Positions 1-7,804 of a DNA stretch of 64,000 nt are shown piece after piece. The notes under the pieces were generated by a model. The model was not told where the DNA came from. It was given only the letters and a program-made list of their open reading frames with translations, and ran no database searches. Source of the stretch: Candidatus Omnitrophota bacterium (GTDB lineage: Bacteria > Omnitrophota > Gorgyraeia > Zapsychrales > JANLHA01); NCBI GenBank assembly GCA_029560465.1, contig JAKQKX010000045.1, positions 152,260 through 216,259 on the forward strand, written 5' to 3'. Position 1 is the first letter of the stretch. Each line of letters begins with the position of its first letter. The position numbers and the translations under genes are program-made.

Positions 1-213
1 TGTGTCGTCCACCCCTCCGGTGTCCAGGAAGACCACCGGGCCGACGGGGATCAACTCCATCACTTTTTCAACAACGTCCGTTGTGGTCCCTGGGATGCTG
101 GACGTTATGGCGACGTCCTGTCCCGCGACCATATTCAGGAAACTGGATTTCCCGACGTTCGTTCGTCCGAACAAGCCTAATTGCAACCTTAACGATTTTG
201 GAGTCCTTGTCAT
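1..213 (-). CDS. hydF: [FeFe]-hydrogenase maturation GTPase HydF, N-terminal fragment (the gene runs off the left edge of the window)
   Basis: The minus-strand frame from ATG at 213 reads MTRTPKSLRLQLGLFGRTNVGKSSFLNMVAGQDVAITSSIPGTTTDVVEKVMELIPVGPVVFLDTGGVDD. This carries the G1 P-loop GxxNVGKSS, the G2 TTD and the G3 DTGG, typical of the HydF/EngA family. It is adjacent to hydA. The ORF track missed it because it is partial and in a different frame from the listed 68..256 ORF. Confidence 0.6.
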   Translation of the reverse strand, partial: MTRTPKSLRLQLGLFGRTNVGKSSFLNMVAGQDVAITSSIPGTTTDVVEKVMELIPVGPVVFLDTGGVDDT

Positions 214-262
214 CTTTCATGTCCTCTCGGATAAAAAACATTATACGCACCGTCAATACGGG

Positions 263-646
263 TTATTTCACATATTTTTCAACGGCTGCCAGAAATTTCT
301 CCGGCTGAATCGGTTTTTCAATCACCGCTTTGACCGGCAACCAGACCTCATCCGGTTCATATTTAAACATCACTCCCGTCTCCTTGCGGATCCCCGTCAC
401 CACAATGACCGGGATATTCCTGGTGGAGGGCTCTTCGTGCAGACGGCGGGAAATATCAAAGCCTTCCGTCTCATGCGTCATCATGACATCCAGAAGGATA
501 AGGTTCGGATTCTCTGTTTTGGCCTTTTGAAAGCCCAATTCACCGTTAATGGCGTGAATCAATGTGTACCCTTTTGTGGCAACAAGGTCGGTCACGGCTT
601 GCGCAAAATCCTGGTCGTCATCAACCATCAATATTTTCTTTGCCAT
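263..646 (-). CDS. Stand-alone CheY-like receiver (REC) domain protein. The start is most likely MAKK at 646, which has an AAGGAGG RBS 6 nt upstream. The listed ORF extends to 661.
   Basis: Acidic pocket DDD, phospho-acceptor D in LILLDVMM, T in VVTGI and K in IEKPI are all present, with no output domain. It is a paralog of the N-terminus of the HydC fusion. The stop of hydA and the ATG at 661 overlap as ATGA. Confidence 0.8.
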   Translation of the reverse strand: MAKKILMVDDDQDFAQAVTDLVATKGYTLIHAINGELGFQKAKTENPNLILLDVMMTHETEGFDISRRLHEEPSTRNIPVIVVTGIRKETGVMFKYEPDEVWLPVKAVIEKPIQPEKFLAAVEKYVK

Positions 647-657
647 TCTGTCCTCCT

Positions 658-2403
658 TCATTTTTTATATTCTGGCCTCGGAATATATTTCGTATGCAGC
701 AGGTGATGCGCCTTTTCGCCCAGAGGCTCTTGCAAAAATTCGGCGTAAAGCTGCTTAATATAAGGATTCTCATGGCTGTAACGCACGCTGCACTGTTCGT
801 CATCATCATACAATCCTTGAGCCCTGGCCGCCCGCACTTCGTCGTTCACGCCATAAGGCTGCCCGCCACCGCCGACGCATCCGCCCGGGCAGGCCATGAC
901 CTCAATAAAATGGTACGGAACCGGTTCGCCCTTCTTTTGCGCCGTACGGACTTTATCTAACACATACTCCACGTTCAACAACCCGTGAGCCACCGCAATT
1001 TTTACCTCGGTGCCATGGATGAAAACCGAAGTTTCCTTCACGCCTTTCAGCCCCCGGACATTGCGGAAATTAACATCCTTAAGATTTTCTTTCGTGATAA
1101 GATAATACGCCGTGCGTAACGCGGCCTCCATCACTCCCCCCGTGGCGCCGAAAATGACCCCGGCCCCGGAATAATCCCCCATCAGATGGTCCGGGTCTTC
1201 CTCCGGGAGCTCATTAAAATCAATCCCCATCTGTTTAATCATACGGATTAATTCCCTCGTCGTCAAGACGATATCCGTATCCTGGAATCCAGAGGCAGAC
1301 ATATCATTGCTGCGGGTGATCTCGTATTTCTTGGCGGTGCAGGGCATGATCGACACCATAAAAATCTTGGCCGGATCTATCCCTGCCTTCTGGGGATAAT
1401 ACGTCTTCGCCAGCGTCCCCATCATGCCCTGGGGCGACTTGGCCGAGGAGAAATGCTCGATCATGTCGGCCTGAAATTTCTCCATAAAATCCACCCAGGA
1501 CGGGCAGCACGTGGTGATAAGAGGCAGCGGCCCTTTTTTATAAAGGAACCGCTCCACAAATTCGCTGGCCTCCTCCATAATGGTGACATCCGCCGAAAAA
1601 TTCGTATCAAAAACCGCCTTAAACCCCATGCGCCGCAGGAGCGCATAAATTTTCCTGGTCAGGTTCGTCCCCGGGGGAAACCCGAACCCTTCTCCAAGGG
1701 CGACCCGCACAGAAGGGGCGATCTGGACAATGCAGATTTTATCAGGATCCTGCAGGGCGTCCCAAACCTGTTTCGTCTGGTCGTGTTCAAAAATCGCGCC
1801 GGTCGGGCAATGTGCGGAGCACTGGCCGCAGCGGACGCAAGGCGAATCACTCAAGCGGATGTCTCCAGCCGGAGCGAAACGGGTGTTCACCCCCCTTTCC
1901 AGGAACGACAGGGCCCAAACGTTCTGGGTCTCCTGGCAGACGCTCACACAACGGCCGCATTTGATACACTTGCTCGGCTCCAGGACAAGCGTCCCCGTGC
2001 TGGTGTCTTTCGGGATATCCCGGATGATCTTGTCAAAAGATTCCTCCCGGATCCCGAAATCCGCCATAATTGTCTGCAACTCACAATTTTTATTGCGGCC
2101 GCAGATCAGGCAGTCGTTCGGATGATTGGATAAAATCATTTCTATGACCGTGCGCCGTACCGCAACGATTTCCGGATCATGGGTGATGATATCCATCCCG
2201 TCTTCAATCGGCGTACAACAGGACCGCAGCATCTTCGCCGTCCCTTTCACTCTGACAATACAGATCCCGCAGGCCGCCGTCGGCTTGATGTCAGGATGGT
2301 AACACAACGTCGGGATCTTCACCTGAATAAGCTTAGCGGCTTCCAGGATCGTCATCCCCGGCTCAAACTCCACAGGGATATTATTAATAACCGCTTTTCC
2401 CAT
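658..2403 (-). CDS. hydA: [FeFe]-hydrogenase catalytic subunit HydA (group A3, bifurcating-type, ~580 aa)
   Basis: N-terminal 2Fe-2S ferredoxin-like Cys (CYHPDIKPTAACGIC) plus 4Fe-4S motifs (CIKCGRCVSVC, CVRCGQCSAHCP). H-cluster motifs L1 TTCCPSW, L2 MPCTAKKYE and L3 EVMACPGGCVGGGGQP are present. Confidence 0.92.
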   Translation of the reverse strand: MGKAVINNIPVEFEPGMTILEAAKLIQVKIPTLCYHPDIKPTAACGICIVRVKGTAKMLRSCCTPIEDGMDIITHDPEIVAVRRTVIEMILSNHPNDCLICGRNKNCELQTIMADFGIREESFDKIIRDIPKDTSTGTLVLEPSKCIKCGRCVSVCQETQNVWALSFLERGVNTRFAPAGDIRLSDSPCVRCGQCSAHCPTGAIFEHDQTKQVWDALQDPDKICIVQIAPSVRVALGEGFGFPPGTNLTRKIYALLRRMGFKAVFDTNFSADVTIMEEASEFVERFLYKKGPLPLITTCCPSWVDFMEKFQADMIEHFSSAKSPQGMMGTLAKTYYPQKAGIDPAKIFMVSIMPCTAKKYEITRSNDMSASGFQDTDIVLTTRELIRMIKQMGIDFNELPEEDPDHLMGDYSGAGVIFGATGGVMEAALRTAYYLITKENLKDVNFRNVRGLKGVKETSVFIHGTEVKIAVAHGLLNVEYVLDKVRTAQKKGEPVPYHFIEVMACPGGCVGGGGQPYGVNDEVRAARAQGLYDDDEQCSVRYSHENPYIKQLYAEFLQEPLGEKAHHLLHTKYIPRPEYKK

Positions 2404-2433
2404 AATGACTCCTTCTACCCGGGATGCCCGGGC

Positions 2434-4242
2434 CTATCGATCAATCGCTTTAAATTTACACACCTCATAACACTGCCCGCAATGGATGCATTTCTCCTGA
2501 TGAATCAAATACGGCTCCTCACGGCTGCCGGTGATCGCCCCAGCGGGGCAATGGCGCAGGCATAACCCGCAGCGCTTGCAACGCTCGCTCACAATGACAT
2601 AATGATAAAGCCCCCGGCATTTACCCGCCGGGCAGGTTTTATCATGCACATGGCGGTCATATTCCTCTTTAAAATACTTCAGCGTGGACAGGACCGGATT
2701 GGCAGCGGTTTGCCCGAGCCCGCACAGCGACGCCTTCTGCATGGCCAGCGAAAGCCGGCGCAACTTCGCGATGTCGTCCTCCTCGGCCTTCCCTTCGGCG
2801 ATCTTCTCAAGGATCCTCAGCATTTGAGTTCCCCCGATCCGGCAGGGGGCGCACTTCCCGCAGGACTCCTCGACGCAAAAACCCAAATAAAATTTGGCGA
2901 TATCGATCATGCAGTCATCTTCGTCCATGACAATCATCCCTCCGGACCCCATAATCGAGCCCAGCTTCTGAAGATTCTCATAATCAACGGGGGTATCAAG
3001 CAGGTGCGCCGGGATGACTCCGCCCGAAGGGCCACCGGTCTGCACCGCTTTGATTTGCTTGTCATTCAAAATCCCTCCCCCGATATCGTAAACGATCTCC
3101 CGGATGGTCATCCCCATGGGCACTTCAATCAGTCCGGTGTTCTTCACTTTCCCGGTCAGGGCAAAGACCTTGGTCCCTTTCGATTTCTCGGTACCGATCG
3201 ACGCAAACCAGCTGCCGCCGTTATGAATAATCGCCGGGATATTCGCCAGCGTTTCAACGTTATTGATCACAGTCGGTTTTCCCCACAACCCTTTAACCGA
3301 CGGATAGGGAGGCCGCGGGACAGGGCAGCCCCGTTTACCTTCGATAGAAGCGATCAGCGCCGTCTCTTCCCCGCAAACAAACGCGCCCGCGCCCAAACGG
3401 ACTTCCAAATTAAAAGAAAAAGACGTCCCGAGGATATTCTGCCCCAGAAACTTCCTGTCCCGTGCCTGCTCGATGGCCTTGCTGATCCGTTTAATCGCCA
3501 GCGGATATTCCGCCCGGATATAAAGGAAACCCTTGGTCGCCCCGACGGTATAACCGGCAATCATCATCCCTTCCAGCACGGAGTGCGGGTCCCCCTCGAG
3601 GACACTGCGGTCCATGTAAGCCCCCGGGTCCCCCTCGTCGCCATTACAGATAATATATTTCTGATCCGCTTCGACTTTTCTGGCGAAATTCCATTTCATC
3701 CAGGTCGGGAACCCCCCGCCGCCCCTTCCCCTCAGGCCGCTGGTTTTCAACTCTTCAACCACGTCCTCCGCCGAATAATCTTTCAACACTTTCTTAAACG
3801 CGGCATAGCCGTCATGATCAATATAATCGTCAATATTTTCGGGATCAATCACCCCGCAGTTCCGAAGCACGATCCGCACCTGCTTGGGGGAGACTTCCAT
3901 GACATACTTCTTAAGGGCCTCATGCGAGGGATTCGCCTCCACGATGTGCTTCTGCAAGATTTCAAGCGCAATAGACGGAGTCACCCCCCCGTACAAAATC
4001 CGGGGCCCCCCGGGAGAGGAGACCTCCATCAAAGGTTCGGCATAACACATCCCGGCACAACCGCACTGCGTCAGGGAAACTTCGAGCCCTTGCGCCGCGA
4101 TCTCTTTTTCTAAAGCCTTAAAAACATCTCTGGCTCCGGCGGCAATTCCGCAGGAGCTCAGGCCGACCGCGATTTTGTTTATTTTTTTGTTCTTTGCGGC
4201 ATTCGAGTCCGCTGAACGGACAGAAAATTTCATAAACTTCAC
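2434..4242 (-). CDS. hydB: NuoF-like NAD(P)H/FMN subunit HydB of a multimeric [FeFe]-hydrogenase
   Basis: N-terminal thioredoxin-like 2Fe-2S (SSCGIAAG...CGCAGMC). NuoF core: GRGGGGFPT, NGDEGDPGAY, ESCGKCAPCR. Two C-terminal 4Fe-4S ferredoxin motifs (CKRCGLCLRHCP, CIHCGQCYEVC). Confidence 0.9.
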   Translation of the reverse strand: MKFMKFSVRSADSNAAKNKKINKIAVGLSSCGIAAGARDVFKALEKEIAAQGLEVSLTQCGCAGMCYAEPLMEVSSPGGPRILYGGVTPSIALEILQKHIVEANPSHEALKKYVMEVSPKQVRIVLRNCGVIDPENIDDYIDHDGYAAFKKVLKDYSAEDVVEELKTSGLRGRGGGGFPTWMKWNFARKVEADQKYIICNGDEGDPGAYMDRSVLEGDPHSVLEGMMIAGYTVGATKGFLYIRAEYPLAIKRISKAIEQARDRKFLGQNILGTSFSFNLEVRLGAGAFVCGEETALIASIEGKRGCPVPRPPYPSVKGLWGKPTVINNVETLANIPAIIHNGGSWFASIGTEKSKGTKVFALTGKVKNTGLIEVPMGMTIREIVYDIGGGILNDKQIKAVQTGGPSGGVIPAHLLDTPVDYENLQKLGSIMGSGGMIVMDEDDCMIDIAKFYLGFCVEESCGKCAPCRIGGTQMLRILEKIAEGKAEEDDIAKLRRLSLAMQKASLCGLGQTAANPVLSTLKYFKEEYDRHVHDKTCPAGKCRGLYHYVIVSERCKRCGLCLRHCPAGAITGSREEPYLIHQEKCIHCGQCYEVCKFKAIDR

Positions 4243-4263
4243 CTTTCTGCTGGGGTATCAGCC

Positions 4264-5118
4264 TTATTCATATTGTGATAGAATGTCAACAATATCCTTC
4301 TTATTGACCTTCCCGTATATTTTGTCATCAATCATCATGACGGGAGAAAGGCCACAGCACCCTAAGCACCGGACGGGTTGAATGAAAAAAAGCCCGTCCG
4401 GCGTGGTTTCGCCCTCATTCACATGCAGGAACTCCTTCAGTTCCTGAAGGAGTTCCGCCCCGCCTTTCAAATAACAGGCCGTTCCAATACACACGGAAAT
4501 CAAATGTTTTCCAGGCGGCGTCAATTTAAAATAATTATAAAAAGTGATCACTTCATAGATACGGGCCAACGGGATGTCCAGGATGCGGCTCAACTCAAAC
4601 GACACTTCCCGGGGTATGTAGCCGTGGATGTTCTGAATTTCATGCAGGATCATAATCAGGTTGCCGTCCATGCCCTTCCATTTGGAAGCGATGTCAGCAA
4701 TTCCGCCGACAAATTGGCGATGCTCCTCTCCGGAACGACGGATAAACATCTGCACGACTTTGAGCAGACGTTCTGGAGTCACCGGTTTTTCCAACACCAT
4801 CTTCACAGGCAGCGCCTGCTCATCCGGCTTGAGTTCAACGGGGAAACTTTTGTCCCGCTTCGCCCCGGTAATCATAACCACCGGGATATCCTGAACCGCC
4901 GCGTCCAGGGCGAACGCCTTGGCGGTTTCCGCTCCTTCCGTCTCATACGTCATCATCATGTCCAGCAGGACCAAATCCGGAGAGACGTCTTTCACCTTTT
5001 GAAAACCTTCCAGGCCATTCGTTGCGGAGAGCACCTCGTAACCGCTCGCTTCCAGCAGGAGTGTGGTCGCCTCAAGAAAATCCTGGTCATCGTCAATAAG
5101 CAAAATTTTGTTTTTCAT
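4264..5118 (-). CDS. hydC: HydC-like NuoE-type [2Fe-2S] subunit with an N-terminal CheY-like receiver domain (REC::NuoE fusion)
   Basis: Residues 1-120 form a REC (DDD, LVLLDMMM, VMITGA, LEKP). Residues ~150-284 are a NuoE/24 kDa thioredoxin-like fold with 2Fe-2S ligands (SVCIGTAC ... RCLGCCG). Gene order C-B-A is as in hydCBA operons. Confidence 0.85.
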   Translation of the reverse strand: MKNKILLIDDDQDFLEATTLLLEASGYEVLSATNGLEGFQKVKDVSPDLVLLDMMMTYETEGAETAKAFALDAAVQDIPVVMITGAKRDKSFPVELKPDEQALPVKMVLEKPVTPERLLKVVQMFIRRSGEEHRQFVGGIADIASKWKGMDGNLIMILHEIQNIHGYIPREVSFELSRILDIPLARIYEVITFYNYFKLTPPGKHLISVCIGTACYLKGGAELLQELKEFLHVNEGETTPDGLFFIQPVRCLGCCGLSPVMMIDDKIYGKVNKKDIVDILSQYE

Positions 5119-5142
5119 AACAAACCTCTTCTATGGTTATTT

Positions 5143-6978
5143 TTATGCTGAGGGAATCGTAAATCGGAACTGGTTCCCTTCCAACCCCGGCTCAACGGTT
5201 AATGTCCCGCCGTGCCGCAGAATGATCTCTTTCGTAATAAAAAGGCCGATCCCTGTCCCCTTCACTTTTTCCATTCCCCGGTAAACCACGCGCGAAAATT
5301 TTTTAAACAACTTTTGCCTGTCGACTTCCGCGATCGGCATCCCGTCATTGTAAACGGTAACTTCCACACCGTTATCGACGGCGTGCGCCCGGACACGGAT
5401 TTCTCCGTTTTCCTTGCCGTACTTCACCGCGTTGCTCAAGAGGTTGTTAACAACAATCTGCATGAGGCCGGGATCCGCGTGAATCATAAGATCCTGGGGA
5501 ACGTCGCAAGAGATCCTCATCTTCTTTTCGTCCGCCTGCTGGGTGAACGTGTCGACCGCGCTTTCCAGGACATGCTCTTTAAGCAGGATATCCTGTTTAT
5601 CGATCGTCATTTCATCCTTCTCGATACGGCTGAGGTTCAAAAAATTCTTGACCGTGATCGCGAGATAATCCAAGTTCCGGGCCATGGACTTCAAAACCCG
5701 GCTTTGTCTTTCGTTCACCGGCCCCAGGATGCCTTTCTGCAACAAATAGGTATTCAGGACGATCGAGGACAGGATCCCCTTCAGTTCATGCGACACAAAG
5801 CCGATCAGGTCCAGATAACGCTTGTTCAGCACAGCCAACTTGTCATTGGTTTCCGCCAGGGTCTGCTCCCGCTCCGAAAGTTTTTCAATCATGTCGTCAA
5901 AGGCCAGAGTTAACGTCTTGACTTCTTTAATATTAGAGTCGGCCGGGACCAGGGTTTTCATGTCTCCCTGTGCGATTTTTTTGCTCTTCTCCGCCAAGGC
6001 GGTCAAAGGCCGGATCATAACATTCGTCAATAAAAACGAAACCCCCAACGTGGGCAAAGCCGTCAAAAGGATGATGGTCAAGAGGCTCAAAAACATCCTG
6101 TTTTGAACCGCGACAAACGGCTTTTCCAGGATCCCGACGTAAAGAATCCCGATAATCTTCCCCCGGATATCTTTGATCGGCTCATAGGCCGTCAAGTACC
6201 AGTCGGTGACCACAAAGGCCCGGTCACTCCAGGTCTTCTTCTGTTCCACGACTTTATGATACACTTCCTCGGAAACTTGCGTGCCGATCGCCCGGCGCCC
6301 ATCATCGTCCAGGACATTCGTCGCCACGCGGATATCACCCTGAAAGATAGTGACGGTTCCAACCGGTTTGCCTTCGTATAATTCCCGGTCAAAGACCGCA
6401 TTGTTGATCCGGTCAATCAAGGCAAAATTTTTATTGATGATCCAACCGCCGCACAGGACTTTATCGATCCGCCCTTGGTGATCCAAAAACGGCCGGGCAT
6501 ACTCAAGCCCTAGCGCCGTGTCCAAAACCTTGACATCAGATTTACGGGCCTTGGGGGTGATCTGTCGGACCTTGATCGTGAAATCCTGGGGCTGCTCTTT
6601 TAATTCCGCGGAAGACAACACCCGGGTCCCCCCAAACGTGCGGCCCTCCTGAAACGCGGCCTGGACGATTTCGCTAGGAAAAGTTTGGGCCCGGTCGCGG
6701 TCAATCCAGTACAGATAATCTAAATGTAAACTGTTTTTTAAAGCCTGAATATCGTCATCCCTTTCAATCAGGGTAAACGTCAGGGCGATTGATTTCAGAT
6801 AATCCTCATAAACACTCCGGACCGTTTTTAATTTCTGCTGCACTTCCTTTTGCGCTTCATCAACGACAGCCGTCTTAAGCACAAAAAAACTGTACAGGGA
6901 CATGCAAACGCCCCAAAAAATGATCAACGCCAGTAAAAGCAGGACAATATACGTTCGCAGACGGATAACGGCCTTCAT
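5143..6978 (-). CDS. Sensor histidine kinase: TM - extracytoplasmic Cache-like sensor (~260 aa) - TM - HAMP - HisKA - HATPase_c
   Basis: TM1 at aa 10-33 and TM2 at ~297-320. Cache-type segment with DWYLTAYEP and GILYVGI. H-box GFVSHELKG. N-box LLSNAVKYG. G1 VYNDGMPI. G2 GTGIGLFI. The start ATG overlaps the rex stop as ATGA. Confidence 0.85.
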   Translation of the reverse strand: MKAVIRLRTYIVLLLLALIIFWGVCMSLYSFFVLKTAVVDEAQKEVQQKLKTVRSVYEDYLKSIALTFTLIERDDDIQALKNSLHLDYLYWIDRDRAQTFPSEIVQAAFQEGRTFGGTRVLSSAELKEQPQDFTIKVRQITPKARKSDVKVLDTALGLEYARPFLDHQGRIDKVLCGGWIINKNFALIDRINNAVFDRELYEGKPVGTVTIFQGDIRVATNVLDDDGRRAIGTQVSEEVYHKVVEQKKTWSDRAFVVTDWYLTAYEPIKDIRGKIIGILYVGILEKPFVAVQNRMFLSLLTIILLTALPTLGVSFLLTNVMIRPLTALAEKSKKIAQGDMKTLVPADSNIKEVKTLTLAFDDMIEKLSEREQTLAETNDKLAVLNKRYLDLIGFVSHELKGILSSIVLNTYLLQKGILGPVNERQSRVLKSMARNLDYLAITVKNFLNLSRIEKDEMTIDKQDILLKEHVLESAVDTFTQQADEKKMRISCDVPQDLMIHADPGLMQIVVNNLLSNAVKYGKENGEIRVRAHAVDNGVEVTVYNDGMPIAEVDRQKLFKKFSRVVYRGMEKVKGTGIGLFITKEIILRHGGTLTVEPGLEGNQFRFTIPSA

Positions 6979-7631
6979 GCTTTGCCCCCCCGATTATTCA
7001 GGGCATTAACAAAATACAACAGGAATTCCAGTTCAACCCCTAAATTCACGTCATGGATAACGCATGACCGTTGAGCCATAAGATGAACCGGGGCAAAATT
7101 CAACACGCCTTCAACCCCTCCCCGGACCATAACGTCCAAAACCAGTTGTGCCGCGTCAGCCGGAACCGCAAGGATGCCCACTTTAATATTGCGGTTGGAA
7201 ATATAGCCCTCGCATTCTGAGAATGGATAAACCGGGATATTCCCCTGAACACCGCATTTCACGGGATCAATGTCAAACCCCGCTCTTATACAGATCCCCT
7301 CTTTTTCAAACCCTTTATAATTGCTGAGGGCAATCCCCAAGTGTCCCATGCCGGCTATTATAACATCCTGACCGGGTTGGGAACCGAGAATTCTCTGAAT
7401 TATACCCAAAAGATCAGAGACACTATAACCGCCTCTTTTGTTCCCCATGATGCCAAATAACGAAAAATCCTTCCGCACTTGCGCGGCCGTAATCCCGATC
7501 GCGTCTGCCAGTTCATTAGAGTAAACCCGGTCAGAACCGGAAGCTAAAACTTTCTTAAGCACATATTTATATTGCACCAACCGAGGGATACTATTTTTAT
7601 TAACTCCTGCGATCTTCTGAGGCAAATTCAT
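6975..7631 (-). CDS. rex: Redox-sensing transcriptional repressor Rex (NADH/NAD+ sensor)
   Basis: Winged-helix N-terminus with AAQVRKDFSLFG, a Rossmann fold GMGHLGIAL, and C-terminal LNFAPV...VELEFLLYF. Collinear with the B. subtilis/Thermus Rex family. It is the first gene of the hydrogenase transcription unit. Confidence 0.85.
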   Translation of the reverse strand: MNLPQKIAGVNKNSIPRLVQYKYVLKKVLASGSDRVYSNELADAIGITAAQVRKDFSLFGIMGNKRGGYSVSDLLGIIQRILGSQPGQDVIIAGMGHLGIALSNYKGFEKEGICIRAGFDIDPVKCGVQGNIPVYPFSECEGYISNRNIKVGILAVPADAAQLVLDVMVRGGVEGVLNFAPVHLMAQRSCVIHDVNLGVELEFLLYFVNALNNRGGKA

Positions 7632-7646
7632 TTTCTTGGCCCCTTT

Positions 7647-7664
7647 TTGTGAAAACTATCACAT
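7647..7664. promoter_or_regulatory. Candidate Rex operator (ROP) TTGTGAAAACTATCACAT in the rex 5' leader
   Basis: Matches the Rex consensus TTGTGAA-n4-TTCACAA at 12 of 14 specified positions. It lies 16 bp upstream of the rex ATG (7631), between the upstream terminator and the rex RBS AAGGGG. Confidence 0.45.
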
Positions 7665-7704
7665 AAAAAGAAAAAAAAGAAACCGATTTATGACATATCG
7701 GTTT
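7665..7704 (-). terminator. Rho-independent terminator of the upstream PAS-LuxR gene (hairpin flanked by T-runs on both strands)
   Basis: Perfect 8-bp inverted repeat AAACCGAT-n9-ATCGGTTT (7680-7704). On the minus strand it is followed by TCTTTTTTTTCTTTTT, and on the plus strand by TTTTTAT. Confidence 0.6.
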
Positions 7705-7804
7705 TTATGCCAAATAAAAATTGATAATATGATATCTTATTTTCTAATTATTGCAACAGATTTTAATCAGTAATATTTCGGTTATAAAATATACCTGAAA
7801 CGTC

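Noticed and set aside
2-706. 234-aa plus-strand ORF overlapping the receiver and hydA
   Set aside because: It is antisense to two well-supported minus-strand genes, with no motif and a low-complexity R/H-rich translation, typical of shadow ORFs in GC-rich DNA.
2602-4113. 503-aa plus-strand ORF
   Set aside because: It lies entirely antisense to hydB (NuoF-like), whose conserved motifs are unambiguous. The translation is R/P/G-rich with no domains.
4378-5151. 257-aa plus-strand ORF
   Set aside because: Antisense shadow of hydC (the REC::NuoE fusion).
5212-5913. 233-aa plus-strand ORF
   Set aside because: Antisense shadow within the histidine kinase gene.
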